A stretch of 64,000 bases of DNA from a virus (lineage: Duplodnaviria; Caudoviricetes), in the IMG/VR virus record IMGVR_UViG_3300028591_000096; one strand, given 5' to 3'. The position numbers were made by a program, and so were the translations under genes. This document shows positions 8,910 through 19,376 of the stretch, one piece after another. Every line of letters begins with the position of its first letter. Position 1 is the stretch's first letter. Below the pieces are notes generated by a model. That model saw nothing but the letters and a program-made list of their open reading frames with translations, searched no databases and was not told the DNA's origin.

Positions 8910-11900
8910 TTAGGAAAGTGTTGTAATAGCACTCTCCATCAACTTTTCAACCTCTGGCTTGAAATAATCTTCAGATCCACAAATCATAAGATTTCCACCA
9001 GGAATATTACTCATATGAGTTTCTCCATTTTCGTCAAATATAAGTGTTCTGACAGGAACGGTTTCCTCATTCATAACCATATAATTTTGGTAGTCTCTTA
9101 TATTAATCAAAACATCGGTATTTTGTTCAACACCTTCAACGATGTATGTCATAGTACCTTTTGAATAATTAGCAAGATCTAAAATCTCATCAAGACTTTC
9201 TGTAATTCTGATATACTTTTTCTGAGCTGTTGTTTTCTCACCTTCTATAATCAAATTAATTTCAGCATCGTCTTTTGCAGTCATGAATTCAAGTAACTGA
9301 ACTTTACAATCATTTGGTGTAACCTGAGTGTTGTTTACAAATAGTCCACAATTTACGTAGCTTTCGTAAACACCTTTTAGTGTAGCAACATCATATTTGA
9401 AAGGAGTATCAACAAGATCAAATCTTGTATGTACCAATTCAACATCAGATTTTGGATAAATCTTTGTATGACCATTAACATTCACAATAAAGTTACCGTC
9501 AGCTTGCTTGCAAATAATCTGCCCTTTGTTACCATCCTTGCATTTTACATAGTCAATTACATTAGGTTCTGCAACATTGAGTTCTGATTCATTCAAATGA
9601 TTATTGCCGTTTGACTTCATCGATTCGTCAGTCTTTGACTTCTTAACCTTAAACTTAAACTTCTTCTTTGGTTTATCGTCTTCTGAATCTTTATTCTCTA
9701 ATCCATCATCCTTTTTAGATTCTTCCTTGTTATTTTCTTTCTCGGGATTTTCTTCATTGGATTCGACATCATCAGCTTTATCGGATTTTTTGTCCTCAGT
9801 TCCTTTATTGGAACCATTTACATTTTCATCACCCTTATCGTTATTGTCTTTATCTTCATCGTTTTCGTCCGCTGATTCTTCATCATCTTTAAATGCAAGA
9901 CTTTCTTGTGGATTAAATGTAACATCCTTAAATGAATCATCAAAATCTGCTGTTACCTCATCAGCTGTTCCTTTATCATCATCACCATTAAGTTCGCTGG
10001 TGTTGATCGTCACCGTCTTACCAGTGGTATCATCCTTTACAGTGATGGTGACGTTCTCACTTAGGAATTGAAAAAAATCCCTGGCCTCTACAGGAGCAGT
10101 ATCACCATAGAATGATTCAAGAATCTTCTTTGCTTTCTTGTAATTTTCTTTCAAGATTTCTGTTGACATATTTTCGTTTACATGTGTAACTTCGAATCCA
10201 TTAGATGTCAATTTTTGTGCAAGAAAATTATTGTAAGGAACATTGAGTTTGTAGCTGTAATTGCTTTCACAAATCTTACCATATTCATCACCGTACTTTT
10301 CAAGAATATCAACAACGTCCTGCTCTACATTACCATTATTCTTTCTTGCGTAGTTATAGAGTGATTCATAAATTTTGAATTCTTCGTCTTTATTCTCAGG
10401 AACAACCTGGAATTGAGTTATGTTTCCTTTCTTCTCAATACCGAATAATTCACAAAGACCTTCATTGCATGGAAGCATTACACGAAAAGAATCCTTCTTT
10501 GATTCGCTAATTGCCTTAACACCCTTAATATGAACACTTTCATTTGCTGGCATTACATCAATGTTAGCTGGCTTGTTGTCAAAGCATTTCTTTAATTCTG
10601 GGAAGAATGAACAGAATTGATCGTCATCATAAGCCTTCCACTCATGGAAATACTTCTTTAATGCATGAGCTTGTGCTTTATTTGCAATCTTCAGACAAAT
10701 TTCTCCGTCATTTGCTTCGCTTTCCGTATGTTCAATCTTCATCTTATCATCAAGATCCTTCTCAAAATCAGCAACATCGATTGGTGCAATCTCTTCTGGA
10801 TAAAGACCTACTGTGATAGGATATGCTGCTTCCTCTGCGTCAGCCTGTTGAATTTCAGCAGGAGTTTCTTGAAGATCGGATTTATCTTCGGTTTTTGTGC
10901 TAGCATCTATTGTACCCTCTATATTTATATCATCTGTGTCTTCTGCTGGTATATCTATAACAGTAGATTCAATCGTATCTTCTTTTTCTGGAACTTTTAC
11001 TTCACCTACCGATACAGCATCAGTTTGTGGATCATTAATAATAGCATCAACAATCTGAGTATACATATCAAGTGGCATGTATTCATTATTGATGATAGGT
11101 GTCTTATCCTGATCAAGATAGAAAGTTACCTTTCTCATATCATCATGAACATCACCATTAGCATCAACAGAAGGAATAACAAGTATTACTTCACCATGTC
11201 CGTTTTCAGCACCAGTTTTAACATTTCTATTATAAGAAACCTTTACAATTTGAAACTTACCGTAACCTATATCTGTTGACTTCCCTTGTTCTGTTTCTGA
11301 ATTAACAACTTCAGTTGGAACATCGAAATCTGGATCATATTCAACAACATCAGCAAATTCAGCATCACCAGCAAACTCATCTTCACCAGAAGTTTCACCA
11401 GTCTCATCCTCAATAGGTTTTTCCATATCCTCAGCTGATTCCTTATCTGGATCTAAATCATCACCAACTTTATCGTTGTTTTCTTCACTATCGTCAGATT
11501 TATCATCATTTTTATCATTACTATCATCGTCATCAGGAACTTCATCATCAAGACTATCATGAGCGTCATCATCATCACCATTCAGATACTTTTCAGAATC
11601 CTTTTGATATTTCAAGAAATCAGACTTTGTATCATCAAGCTCCTTATCGATCATATCAATAGCATTATCGATATCTTCTGTATCTGCACCCTCATCCTTC
11701 ATTGCTTTTAGAGTTTCCTTCTTCTCCTCAAGAGAATCGATATAATCCTGATATTCCTTCTTCTTATCTTCGATGTTCTTTATAACCTTTTCCTGTTCTG
11801 GAAGTTCATCCTCAAACAATGGGCCACAGTTAATTTCCATATGTTCGTTAATATACTTACGACATTGGATAGGATTAACATTACGATAGAATGTAGATCT

Positions 11901-13508
11901 ACCAAGATTACTATTTGTTGTATTTACGAAAATACTTTCCTTAAGCTTGAATACATCACAAGATTTTCCGCTATTATCTCTTGATTCAATTCTCTTAACG
12001 AAATCAATATAAGCAATATCATTATAATGTTCATTAAGTGCAACAGACATCGCATAGAACTCAGCATCGTCACTTCTCATAGCGATTGCTGTTTCCATAA
12101 GTTTCTTCAATTCATCAGAAGTAACTTCTTTATCATTAACGGTAATCTCTGATTCTGTAATAACACACTTATTAGCACCACCATAAACAGTGATGGAATT
12201 AAGTTCATGAGAGAATCTCACCTTATCAGAATTAACAAGATTACAAAGCGATTTGAAAGACTCGTTAAGTTCTGAAACTTCATTTTTTGTAAGTTTTGCT
12301 ATATTGTTACCCTTTCTTGCAAAATAAGCACCCTTGACGTTGAATACACATTCATTTTCCTTAATAAACTTAACAGGAGAGAAAATAAGTTCCGTCTTAA
12401 CCTGATTGTTAAGATATTCAACAGATTCTCCAAGATATACAGTGTTTTCAATAGAAAGATCTCTTGTAATCAAACACTCCATATCTCTAACAAATGGATC
12501 ATATTCAAAAGCCTCTAATCTCTGTAGAAGAATAGCACGAGTTGCCATGTTCTTATTCTCAACATAATCAACAACTACATCTTCGATAAGCGGAACGATG
12601 TAATAAGAACCAGTCTGAGCCATAGTCTCAAGAATCTTCTTAAGATCAATATCCTGCTTATACTGTGAAACTCTGTCTTTCAGTGCTGATAATTCAGTGT
12701 CAACCGCACTCAGATAGTTCCAGTTAGATATACCAGAAATGAAAGATTCATATAAAAGTTCCTCTGGTTTTCCAGCATTAAGAGCATTTATATACTGCTC
12801 ACAGAAAACCTTAAGTTTTTCATTTTTATTACCTTTCAGAATTGCTGTAATAGCTTCGCTAAGACCAATATGATTCTTAATCATACTCTTTGTCTTTTTC
12901 TGAACATTCTTTTCAGCCTCGGCCATCTCGTTAACCTTATCGTTGAGAATCTTATCAACTTCCTCTTGAGTATATGTCTTAACATCTGGAGCCTTGAAAG
13001 CTTCTTTCAATTCCGCATTAACAAGTTTCTTACCGTTCTTCTCTTCATACTGCTCATACTGAAGAGTCTCAAGAATGTTCTGAATTGTACTATCACTTTC
13101 AAACAGTGAAAGATTGATCTTAACATTATCTCTTGTTGTTGAATTCTTGTCAATAATGTAATCAACAACAGCAGACTCAATCATTGGAGCAACAAACATA
13201 CATGAACCGTTGCTTAAGTTATAAACACTGTTTGCTAACTTAATATTAGCTTCATTAGCTTTCACGGCCTCATTCATGTCATTCAGAACAGTCTTAGCTG
13301 TTTCGGATTCTGCAATCTTAGAAAGATCCACAACAAACTGCTCACAGATCTGTTCCTCATGCATTCCGCTGTCAAGCTTCTCCTTATATTCTTTACAGAA
13401 ATTCTGAATGGATATAGAATTTGACTCGGAAAGCGAAAGCTTCTCAATTGCGGCACGGATCGGTACGATCGTGACCATAGAGAGGGTTTTGTTTTCCATT
13501 TTTTCCAT
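8910..13508 (-). CDS. Large acidic protein, probable head core/scaffold or internal virion protein (1532 aa)
   Basis: Long ORF, AAATAAATAGT upstream, many [ILVM]xES motifs, D/E-rich linkers, duplicated N-terminal domain. Confidence 0.6.
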   Translation of the reverse strand: MEKMENKTLSMVTIVPIRAAIEKLSLSESNSISIQNFCKEYKEKLDSGMHEEQICEQFVVDLSKIAESETAKTVLNDMNEAVKANEANIKLANSVYNLSNGSCMFVAPMIESAVVDYIIDKNSTTRDNVKINLSLFESDSTIQNILETLQYEQYEEKNGKKLVNAELKEAFKAPDVKTYTQEEVDKILNDKVNEMAEAEKNVQKKTKSMIKNHIGLSEAITAILKGNKNEKLKVFCEQYINALNAGKPEELLYESFISGISNWNYLSAVDTELSALKDRVSQYKQDIDLKKILETMAQTGSYYIVPLIEDVVVDYVENKNMATRAILLQRLEAFEYDPFVRDMECLITRDLSIENTVYLGESVEYLNNQVKTELIFSPVKFIKENECVFNVKGAYFARKGNNIAKLTKNEVSELNESFKSLCNLVNSDKVRFSHELNSITVYGGANKCVITESEITVNDKEVTSDELKKLMETAIAMRSDDAEFYAMSVALNEHYNDIAYIDFVKRIESRDNSGKSCDVFKLKESIFVNTTNSNLGRSTFYRNVNPIQCRKYINEHMEINCGPLFEDELPEQEKVIKNIEDKKKEYQDYIDSLEEKKETLKAMKDEGADTEDIDNAIDMIDKELDDTKSDFLKYQKDSEKYLNGDDDDAHDSLDDEVPDDDDSNDKNDDKSDDSEENNDKVGDDLDPDKESAEDMEKPIEDETGETSGEDEFAGDAEFADVVEYDPDFDVPTEVVNSETEQGKSTDIGYGKFQIVKVSYNRNVKTGAENGHGEVILVIPSVDANGDVHDDMRKVTFYLDQDKTPIINNEYMPLDMYTQIVDAIINDPQTDAVSVGEVKVPEKEDTIESTVIDIPAEDTDDINIEGTIDASTKTEDKSDLQETPAEIQQADAEEAAYPITVGLYPEEIAPIDVADFEKDLDDKMKIEHTESEANDGEICLKIANKAQAHALKKYFHEWKAYDDDQFCSFFPELKKCFDNKPANIDVMPANESVHIKGVKAISESKKDSFRVMLPCNEGLCELFGIEKKGNITQFQVVPENKDEEFKIYESLYNYARKNNGNVEQDVVDILEKYGDEYGKICESNYSYKLNVPYNNFLAQKLTSNGFEVTHVNENMSTEILKENYKKAKKILESFYGDTAPVEARDFFQFLSENVTITVKDDTTGKTVTINTSELNGDDDKGTADEVTADFDDSFKDVTFNPQESLAFKDDEESADENDEDKDNNDKGDENVNGSNKGTEDKKSDKADDVESNEENPEKENNKEESKKDDGLENKDSEDDKPKKKFKFKVKKSKTDESMKSNGNNHLNESELNVAEPNVIDYVKCKDGNKGQIICKQADGNFIVNVNGHTKIYPKSDVELVHTRFDLVDTPFKYDVATLKGVYESYVNCGLFVNNTQVTPNDCKVQLLEFMTAKDDAEINLIIEGEKTTAQKKYIRITESLDEILDLANYSKGTMTYIVEGVEQNTDVLINIRDYQNYMVMNEETVPVRTLIFDENGETHMSNIPGGNLMICGSEDYFKPEVEKLMESAITTLS

Positions 13509-13601
13509 TTAAATTTATATGTTAAATATGTTTAAAATTGTCCTTTTACTATTTATTTTCAAAATGTAAAAAAATTTTATAAAAATGTAAAAATACAACT
13601 A

Positions 13602-14975
13602 TCAGATAATCAATAAGTTATGTATTTCATCTTTAATTTCTGTATTTTGTGGGTATGCTATTCCTATTGTAATTTTTGTTACAAAGTCACCTTTTTTGTA
13701 TTTTAAACGCTTCGGATTTGTAATTACAAACATATCATCACTGAGATCTTTATAGTAATATATCTGTTTTAATCCTTTGTTTTTTGACACTTCACCGATA
13801 TAACAATCATGTATTTTTATATTTGATGAAGTGTCCATATATTCACATGAAACTTGAACATACCCATAATTTGTGAATTCTCCTGGATCTAAAATATCAA
13901 AGCACCCAGAATTAACATAACCAGTAGATTCTGGTACAACTACAACCTTTGGTTCTTTTTTTATAGATATTGCTTCATTATCATAGAATAATATATTAGG
14001 TTGCTTAAATTTTGAAATAGTTTCTGGTATGGTCCAATCATAAAAATTATGTTGTCTTAATGAGCAATCTATAATATGCTTATCACCATCAGGTGTTATG
14101 TAATAAATCAAAATAGTATAAACATCAGATGATGTTGAAATTGCATCCCATGATATTTCTAGAGTTTGACCAACAGCATAATATTTTGATGTGTCAATCT
14201 GATGAAGATGAAGTTCAATCTTTTTGTTTTCTGGTGTAATGTGATTATTATATACCGTAGGATCAAATCCAAAATATTCAATCTTTTTATCGGATTTAAT
14301 TGATTGTGATTCATCAAAGCAAGGCTGATATGCTTCAACAGCGAGAGAAAAACTCATTTTTATAAGTTGAGATTCACTCTCAAAAGAATAACTTACTGTT
14401 TTATCTGCTACAGTGTATGACTCTGGGAACCCAGCACGACATCCTATTTTCATTCCCTTATAAAGAACATTAAATGTCTGATTCTTATAGAATGTGTTTC
14501 TTATCTCCTGTTCAATTTTGAATGCGGTTTCAAGTGTATCAATCCACCCTTCAAACTCAAAATTAAGTGTGAGAGGAATAGAGTACATAAAAGCTGTGTA
14601 TGATGTTAATACACCGTTTTCATCTTTCATATATGTCCCCTTAACAAACCTATTTGTAATATTTGACGCCTCAATCTGTGATCCTGTATATGTCATAGCA
14701 AAACGAGGACACATATCAAATTTTCCGTCTATAAGTTTATCAGAAAAACATTCTCGTCCGAAAAAAGTGTAATTGTCTTGAGCAAACCTTTGATCCTTAG
14801 CATGGGCAAAATTATAAGCAAACGGTATAGTTACATTTTCAACCGTATTATCATCCCATACCTGTTCATAAGTAAGTTTATGATTAAGAAGATATAAAAG
14901 CCCCGCAATAACGCTTCTGTTAAAAACGTTATCGTAATTGTATCTCTGATATAGTGGTGTCTTCTGTTCGTCCAT
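13602..14975 (-). CDS. gp15-like tail sheath stabiliser/terminator with C-terminal extension
   Basis: YNYDNVFNRS...TIPFAY...PRFAM...SIPLTLNFE...FKIEQEI resembles the T4 gp15 pattern. Confidence 0.6.
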   Translation of the reverse strand: MDEQKTPLYQRYNYDNVFNRSVIAGLLYLLNHKLTYEQVWDDNTVENVTIPFAYNFAHAKDQRFAQDNYTFFGRECFSDKLIDGKFDMCPRFAMTYTGSQIEASNITNRFVKGTYMKDENGVLTSYTAFMYSIPLTLNFEFEGWIDTLETAFKIEQEIRNTFYKNQTFNVLYKGMKIGCRAGFPESYTVADKTVSYSFESESQLIKMSFSLAVEAYQPCFDESQSIKSDKKIEYFGFDPTVYNNHITPENKKIELHLHQIDTSKYYAVGQTLEISWDAISTSSDVYTILIYYITPDGDKHIIDCSLRQHNFYDWTIPETISKFKQPNILFYDNEAISIKKEPKVVVVPESTGYVNSGCFDILDPGEFTNYGYVQVSCEYMDTSSNIKIHDCYIGEVSKNKGLKQIYYYKDLSDDMFVITNPKRLKYKKGDFVTKITIGIAYPQNTEIKDEIHNLLII

Positions 14976-15196
14976 TATTTTTTAGTCTTACGTTTACGAA
15001 CTTTATATTTTTTTGGCTTGATTTGCATAGTTTTAACAAATCCAGCACCAAGTATATTGTCAAATCGGTCACCAGAATGACCAGGAATAACTGTACCCAT
15101 CCCATCAGGTATGTCTGTCATTGGTGCTGCACATCCACTATCCATTCCACCATCACACTCATCTACAACCTTTTTCTTTCTGATATAATAAGCCAT
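14975..15196 (-). CDS. Small hypothetical late protein with basic termini
   Basis: 73 aa; late motif at 15223-15231; TAATG coupling to the next gene. Confidence 0.65.
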   Translation of the reverse strand: MAYYIRKKKVVDECDGGMDSGCAAPMTDIPDGMGTVIPGHSGDRFDNILGAGFVKTMQIKPKKYKVRKRKTKK

Positions 15197-15222
15197 TATT
15201 GAGCTTTGATTCCCTTTTTGAT

Positions 15223-15270
15223 TATTTATCTAATATAAATATTAATATGCTTACTAAGAACAGATAAATA
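15223..15270. promoter_or_regulatory. Divergent pair of late promoters (AGATAAATA, minus 15223-15231 and plus 15262-15270)
   Basis: Exact motif on both strands between divergent operons. Confidence 0.75.
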
Positions 15271-15291
15271 GTGAAAAGAAAGTCTCAATAA

Positions 15292-15840
15292 ATGGTATTA
15301 AATAATTTACCACAAATGTTTTCGTTCTATTTCCCGTCGAACTTTTGGTACGATGAGGTTGTTGAAACGTGGACACCATTTGTACAAAGAATGAGGCTAC
15401 CATACGAAACTGTATCTGATTTTATGAATGATCAGGTACAAAGTGTTGTGTTTCCTGCAATGAATCTTGATTTATCAACACAACAGAGAGGTCAATATGA
15501 AGTTGCATATTATGGAGGTAAGGAACTTGAACCACTGATAGATAAAAATCTCAAAATAACAATGAAGTTAACTGAAAGTTATATCTCATATTGGATATTT
15601 TGGCATCAAATGGACGTTTTTCTTCATTATGTTGATAATTTTAAAGATAAAAAACCATGTTGGATGGAACCAGTTAAATTAGCATTCCTATCAGATGCTG
15701 GTTTTCAATTACTTGAATTTACATTCTGGGAGATAACACCTACAAGTACAAGCGAACTTAATTTAAGTTATGCTGCTACGGTAGCTTCATATAACACATT
15801 TAATATAAACCTTAGATATAACAAGTTTGACATCAATTAA
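15292..15840 (+). CDS. Tail-tube-fold protein (gp3/gp19-like)
   Basis: VQSVVFPAMNL...LKITMKLTESY..YW...FWEITPTS.SELNLSY...FNINLRY tube-family pattern. Confidence 0.6.
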   Translation: MVLNNLPQMFSFYFPSNFWYDEVVETWTPFVQRMRLPYETVSDFMNDQVQSVVFPAMNLDLSTQQRGQYEVAYYGGKELEPLIDKNLKITMKLTESYISYWIFWHQMDVFLHYVDNFKDKKPCWMEPVKLAFLSDAGFQLLEFTFWEITPTSTSELNLSYAATVASYNTFNINLRYNKFDIN

Positions 15841-15862
15841 AAAAGAAATATAAACAAAAAGA

Positions 15863-17299
15863 ATGGCAACAGATCTTTTTTCTAAATATTATAACAACCC
15901 GACAAAATCATACATTTATACAGATATACTATGTAATGGTGACTCTGCGGATGAAATGTCATTTGATATAAACAGATCGAGTGGTGAAATAACAGATAAT
16001 AACAATGTTCTTTCATCAATAGATTTATCTGATATACACGTTGGACTTTCACAATATATGTCAAATTCAAGAATAATAGGTCCGAATGAATTCTGTTATA
16101 TCAGAGGTTGGTTGTTTGGTGATTCTTATTGCTCTAAAGCATACGGAAGAATCATAGGTCATATCACCGAAGATGATGATTGGATGTATAATGGTATGAT
16201 TTTCTTTGTTATAAAGTATCTTAACTTGAAGACTGGAAATAAAGTAGTTGAAATATTAAAATGCACTGGAAACATTGATGAGGAAATTACTTTCATTGAT
16301 GCTATAAACAATTACTTTAAATTAAAAGAAATTCCAATTGAAGCTAAATTTGAAGACGGATATGTTATATTCACTGCAACTAAGCTTGATTATGAGTTCT
16401 GGATATCACATGTTATGTTCTGGAATTCTGAAGACGGTACTGATATTCTATATTACATAGATCGATGGATGAAAGAAAACGGACATTCATATGATTACGG
16501 ATGGTCTGATGGGTATGTTACTGGGAATAATATAGACAATAACTCACCTGGAGCAATAAACGCTTATACATCTATACTAAAGAAAGGTGATTATACGCGT
16601 CTTTATAATCTTTTGAATTGTTTAGATACAGATTTCAATGATATTCTTGAGGAGAATGACGTTAGAAAGATTTATTTGTTTGAGGACTTCAGAAAATATG
16701 TACCATCAAAGAGATATAGAAATGGCGCAATGTTAGGTATAGTAATGTCAGTTATATATCCACAATATAACACAGAGGATATTGAACCTATACACAAAGC
16801 TGTAAAAGTTGCACATATAGCTGATCGTGTTCAAGAATTCTATGCAATACCAGAATGTCTTTTAGATGGTACATTTGTAGCAGTGAGAAAACTTATTGAT
16901 GTAAATGATCTTTTCCATTGTGAATTTGATATGGATCTTTATAATAAGTGGATGGGGTTCTATAGCCATAATTCTGTTTATGATGATTGGATTGATTCTG
17001 ATGAAATACCACAGGTTATCCCAGAAATGATTAATGACTGGGAAAATTCAAGTATATCTTATACTGAAGCTGGACGTTCAATAGAAAAAAACCTTGAACA
17101 TAGAGATCAAATGGGAGTTGAAGGATATTGTGCTTATCTTTCAAAAACAAACGGATGGATGACAGTAGGACAGTTTTATGCTAGAACAACAATACCAGAT
17201 GATCCAAATTATCCAGAAGTTAAAAATCTTATCCCAAGCGTAATAGTATATAATCCTAATCCATTCCCTGTACAAATTAAATATTTAGCATTTGCATAA
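15863..17299 (+). CDS. Hypothetical protein (478 aa), probably structural
   Basis: Long ORF in a late operon; no recognised motif. Confidence 0.7.
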   Translation: MATDLFSKYYNNPTKSYIYTDILCNGDSADEMSFDINRSSGEITDNNNVLSSIDLSDIHVGLSQYMSNSRIIGPNEFCYIRGWLFGDSYCSKAYGRIIGHITEDDDWMYNGMIFFVIKYLNLKTGNKVVEILKCTGNIDEEITFIDAINNYFKLKEIPIEAKFEDGYVIFTATKLDYEFWISHVMFWNSEDGTDILYYIDRWMKENGHSYDYGWSDGYVTGNNIDNNSPGAINAYTSILKKGDYTRLYNLLNCLDTDFNDILEENDVRKIYLFEDFRKYVPSKRYRNGAMLGIVMSVIYPQYNTEDIEPIHKAVKVAHIADRVQEFYAIPECLLDGTFVAVRKLIDVNDLFHCEFDMDLYNKWMGFYSHNSVYDDWIDSDEIPQVIPEMINDWENSSISYTEAGRSIEKNLEHRDQMGVEGYCAYLSKTNGWMTVGQFYARTTIPDDPNYPEVKNLIPSVIVYNPNPFPVQIKYLAFA

Positions 17300-17301
17300 A
17301 G

Positions 17302-17763
17302 ATGAAAAAAAGAAGAAGTATAAACGAAAGTACTCTGATAAGCGGAGGATACGGATTTGTAGGAGGTGGTGGATATGATAATACACTTTCTCCTGCATCT
17401 TATAATGTTCAGGGTAAACAACCTGGATATGTATATTCTATTTTACCAATGACTGACACTCTTCAGCAGAAACCTAACAAAATAGAACATGAATATTATA
17501 TTCATCCTGGATGTACAGTAAGGGGTGTAGGATATAATAATAAAGACAAACATTATACTGGTATTGTAAACAGAATTGTAAAGAATGAAAATGGTGAGGT
17601 TGTTTGTCTTTATGTTCAATCATTCAAAACAGCAAAACTTGTAGCTGTCAGAGCCGACGAAAACCTTGAACTAATTCTCCCGAAAGGTCTTGATCAATAT
17701 GGAGGACACAGATTGGCCACAAGTGATAACTTAGATATACAAAGAAAAAGCCTGAATGTTTAA
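17302..17763 (+). CDS. Hypothetical protein (SH3/KOW-like C-terminal half possible)
   Basis: 153 aa; basic N-terminus followed by INES and a G-rich segment. Confidence 0.65.
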   Translation: MKKRRSINESTLISGGYGFVGGGGYDNTLSPASYNVQGKQPGYVYSILPMTDTLQQKPNKIEHEYYIHPGCTVRGVGYNNKDKHYTGIVNRIVKNENGEVVCLYVQSFKTAKLVAVRADENLELILPKGLDQYGGHRLATSDNLDIQRKSLNV

Positions 17764-18707
17764 TTCAGGATTTCTTTTTTCAATTCATCGAACATTTGTT
17801 TTGGTTCTTTATTGTCTATCGCAACAAATTTCTTATGATTTTCGTTTGATAAACCATATTCTTTATTAGACGTACCCTCGTTTTCATTTACTTCTGGTTT
17901 GCTATTTTGTTCGATAAATTCATCATTATTTTGAGTTTCCTTATTATTAACCGTAGTTTCTTCAGATTCAATCACATTTTCATTTTCAAAAGGAGTGATT
18001 TCTTCTTTGTTTTCATGTTCTTCTTCAGGTGTGATATCGATATCATCTTTAATTAAATCTTCATCATTTGAATTATTATTTAAAGTTTCATCTTTATCAT
18101 TATCTAAATTTATCTGTTCTTCTTTTTCGTCAGAAACATCTGGAATAATAAATGGAACTTCAGGTGTTTTCTTTTCATCTTCAGTCAATTTATGATTTTC
18201 AATATGCTTAGTTGTTGGTTCAGTTATTATCTCATTTTTATGATCATCTATCATTTGCGTTTCATTGATTCCATTTGAAACCATTTCTGTCATCAGCAAT
18301 GCAACAATAGGAAGAATAGCACCCATAATCCATGATATAATCACCTGAACAGTTTCCTGACTCACTTCCTCTATCATAAACAACATAGGTTTAGCAAGAT
18401 AGTTATAGTAATCATATCCAGATTCGGATATAAACTTAAAAACCGAATATGTATTACCTATTACCTGAACTAAAACCAATATTGTTAGCAATAACCATGC
18501 TATATTGTTTCTCTTGTTTATTCCTATAATAATAGAAGCAAGACATACAGCCAATCCTAATTCAAATGCAAATGCAAGCATTATAGACATCCAGTGAGTG
18601 TTACCTATATCAAAGAATTCTATAGCATGACAAAATGATATAAACGCTACAAGAGCATAAAGAAAAAGAAAAGCATATATAAATATTTTATTTATTAACT
18701 TCTTCAT
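17760..18707 (-). CDS. Multi-pass membrane protein with acidic C-terminal tail
   Basis: About four hydrophobic helices in the first 145 aa, then an E/D/N-rich tail. Confidence 0.7.
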   Translation of the reverse strand: MKKLINKIFIYAFLFLYALVAFISFCHAIEFFDIGNTHWMSIMLAFAFELGLAVCLASIIIGINKRNNIAWLLLTILVLVQVIGNTYSVFKFISESGYDYYNYLAKPMLFMIEEVSQETVQVIISWIMGAILPIVALLMTEMVSNGINETQMIDDHKNEIITEPTTKHIENHKLTEDEKKTPEVPFIIPDVSDEKEEQINLDNDKDETLNNNSNDEDLIKDDIDITPEEEHENKEEITPFENENVIESEETTVNNKETQNNDEFIEQNSKPEVNENEGTSNKEYGLSNENHKKFVAIDNKEPKQMFDELKKEILN

Positions 18708-19030
18708 TATTTCTTACCGTTGTTTGTATTGTTTACACGAACAATAACTGGTTTATTTGCAAGCTTATTGTTCTGTTCCTTATATATGGAAATTTCGTTG
18801 TTAAGTGATGCAATTTCCTTATTTAGAATCTTCATTTCATTATTCAGACTATCTATATGATTAGATGCATTACTGAATACATTTGTAAGCGAATCCTTTA
18901 CATACTCTGTCTGTTGGACTTGCTTTTCGTATTTTCTTTTATAATTTCCTTTACTTGTACAATTTGAAACAAAAAGTATCGCAAGTAAAACTATAAGTAT
19001 CTCTTTCCAATATTTTTTAATCTTGTCCAT
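18707..19030 (-). CDS. Membrane-anchored or lipoprotein coiled-coil protein (spanin-like candidate)
   Basis: Likely start MDKIKKYWKEILIVLLAILFVSNC, then a long coiled coil; the track start at 19066 lies inside a terminator. Confidence 0.55.
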   Translation of the reverse strand: MDKIKKYWKEILIVLLAILFVSNCTSKGNYKRKYEKQVQQTEYVKDSLTNVFSNASNHIDSLNNEMKILNKEIASLNNEISIYKEQNNKLANKPVIVRVNNTNNGKK

Positions 19031-19064
19031 AACATGAAAATATTTGTTCCTTCTATTTATTAAC

Positions 19065-19101
19065 AAAAGGATCGATCCTGTTTTATAAGATCGATCCTTT
19101 T
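19065..19101. terminator. Intrinsic terminator
   Basis: aaaaggatcgatc-loop-gatcgatcctttt. Confidence 0.75.
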
Positions 19102-19102
19102 A

Positions 19103-19357
19103 TCATTTTGGAAAATTAAATCCGCTTGTTATAGAACTTGGTGTTAAAGAACCCATCTTTGTTGTAACCTGTGAAATCTGGCTTTGTATGTTTGAATATT
19201 GATCCTGCGGATTTCCATATTGTTCATCGTATTCGGCTTGTTGTTTTTCTTGTGCTTCCCTTTCGTCCTTTACAAATGCTTCATATCTGTTATAAAGCAT
19301 CATTATATCGTAAAAATACATCTTGCCCATTTCCATAGGGTTGATGTGAAGCTTCAT
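19103..19357 (-). CDS. Small baseplate/tail assembly chaperone partner, possibly expressed as a frameshift fusion
   Basis: LHINPMEMGKMYFYDIMMLY resembles the small ORF that follows gp26-type chaperones; the frame is open for 27 codons upstream of its ATG. Confidence 0.6.
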   Translation of the reverse strand: MKLHINPMEMGKMYFYDIMMLYNRYEAFVKDEREAQEKQQAEYDEQYGNPQDQYSNIQSQISQVTTKMGSLTPSSITSGFNFPK

Positions 19358-19376
19358 TGCGAATACTAGTTCCAGT

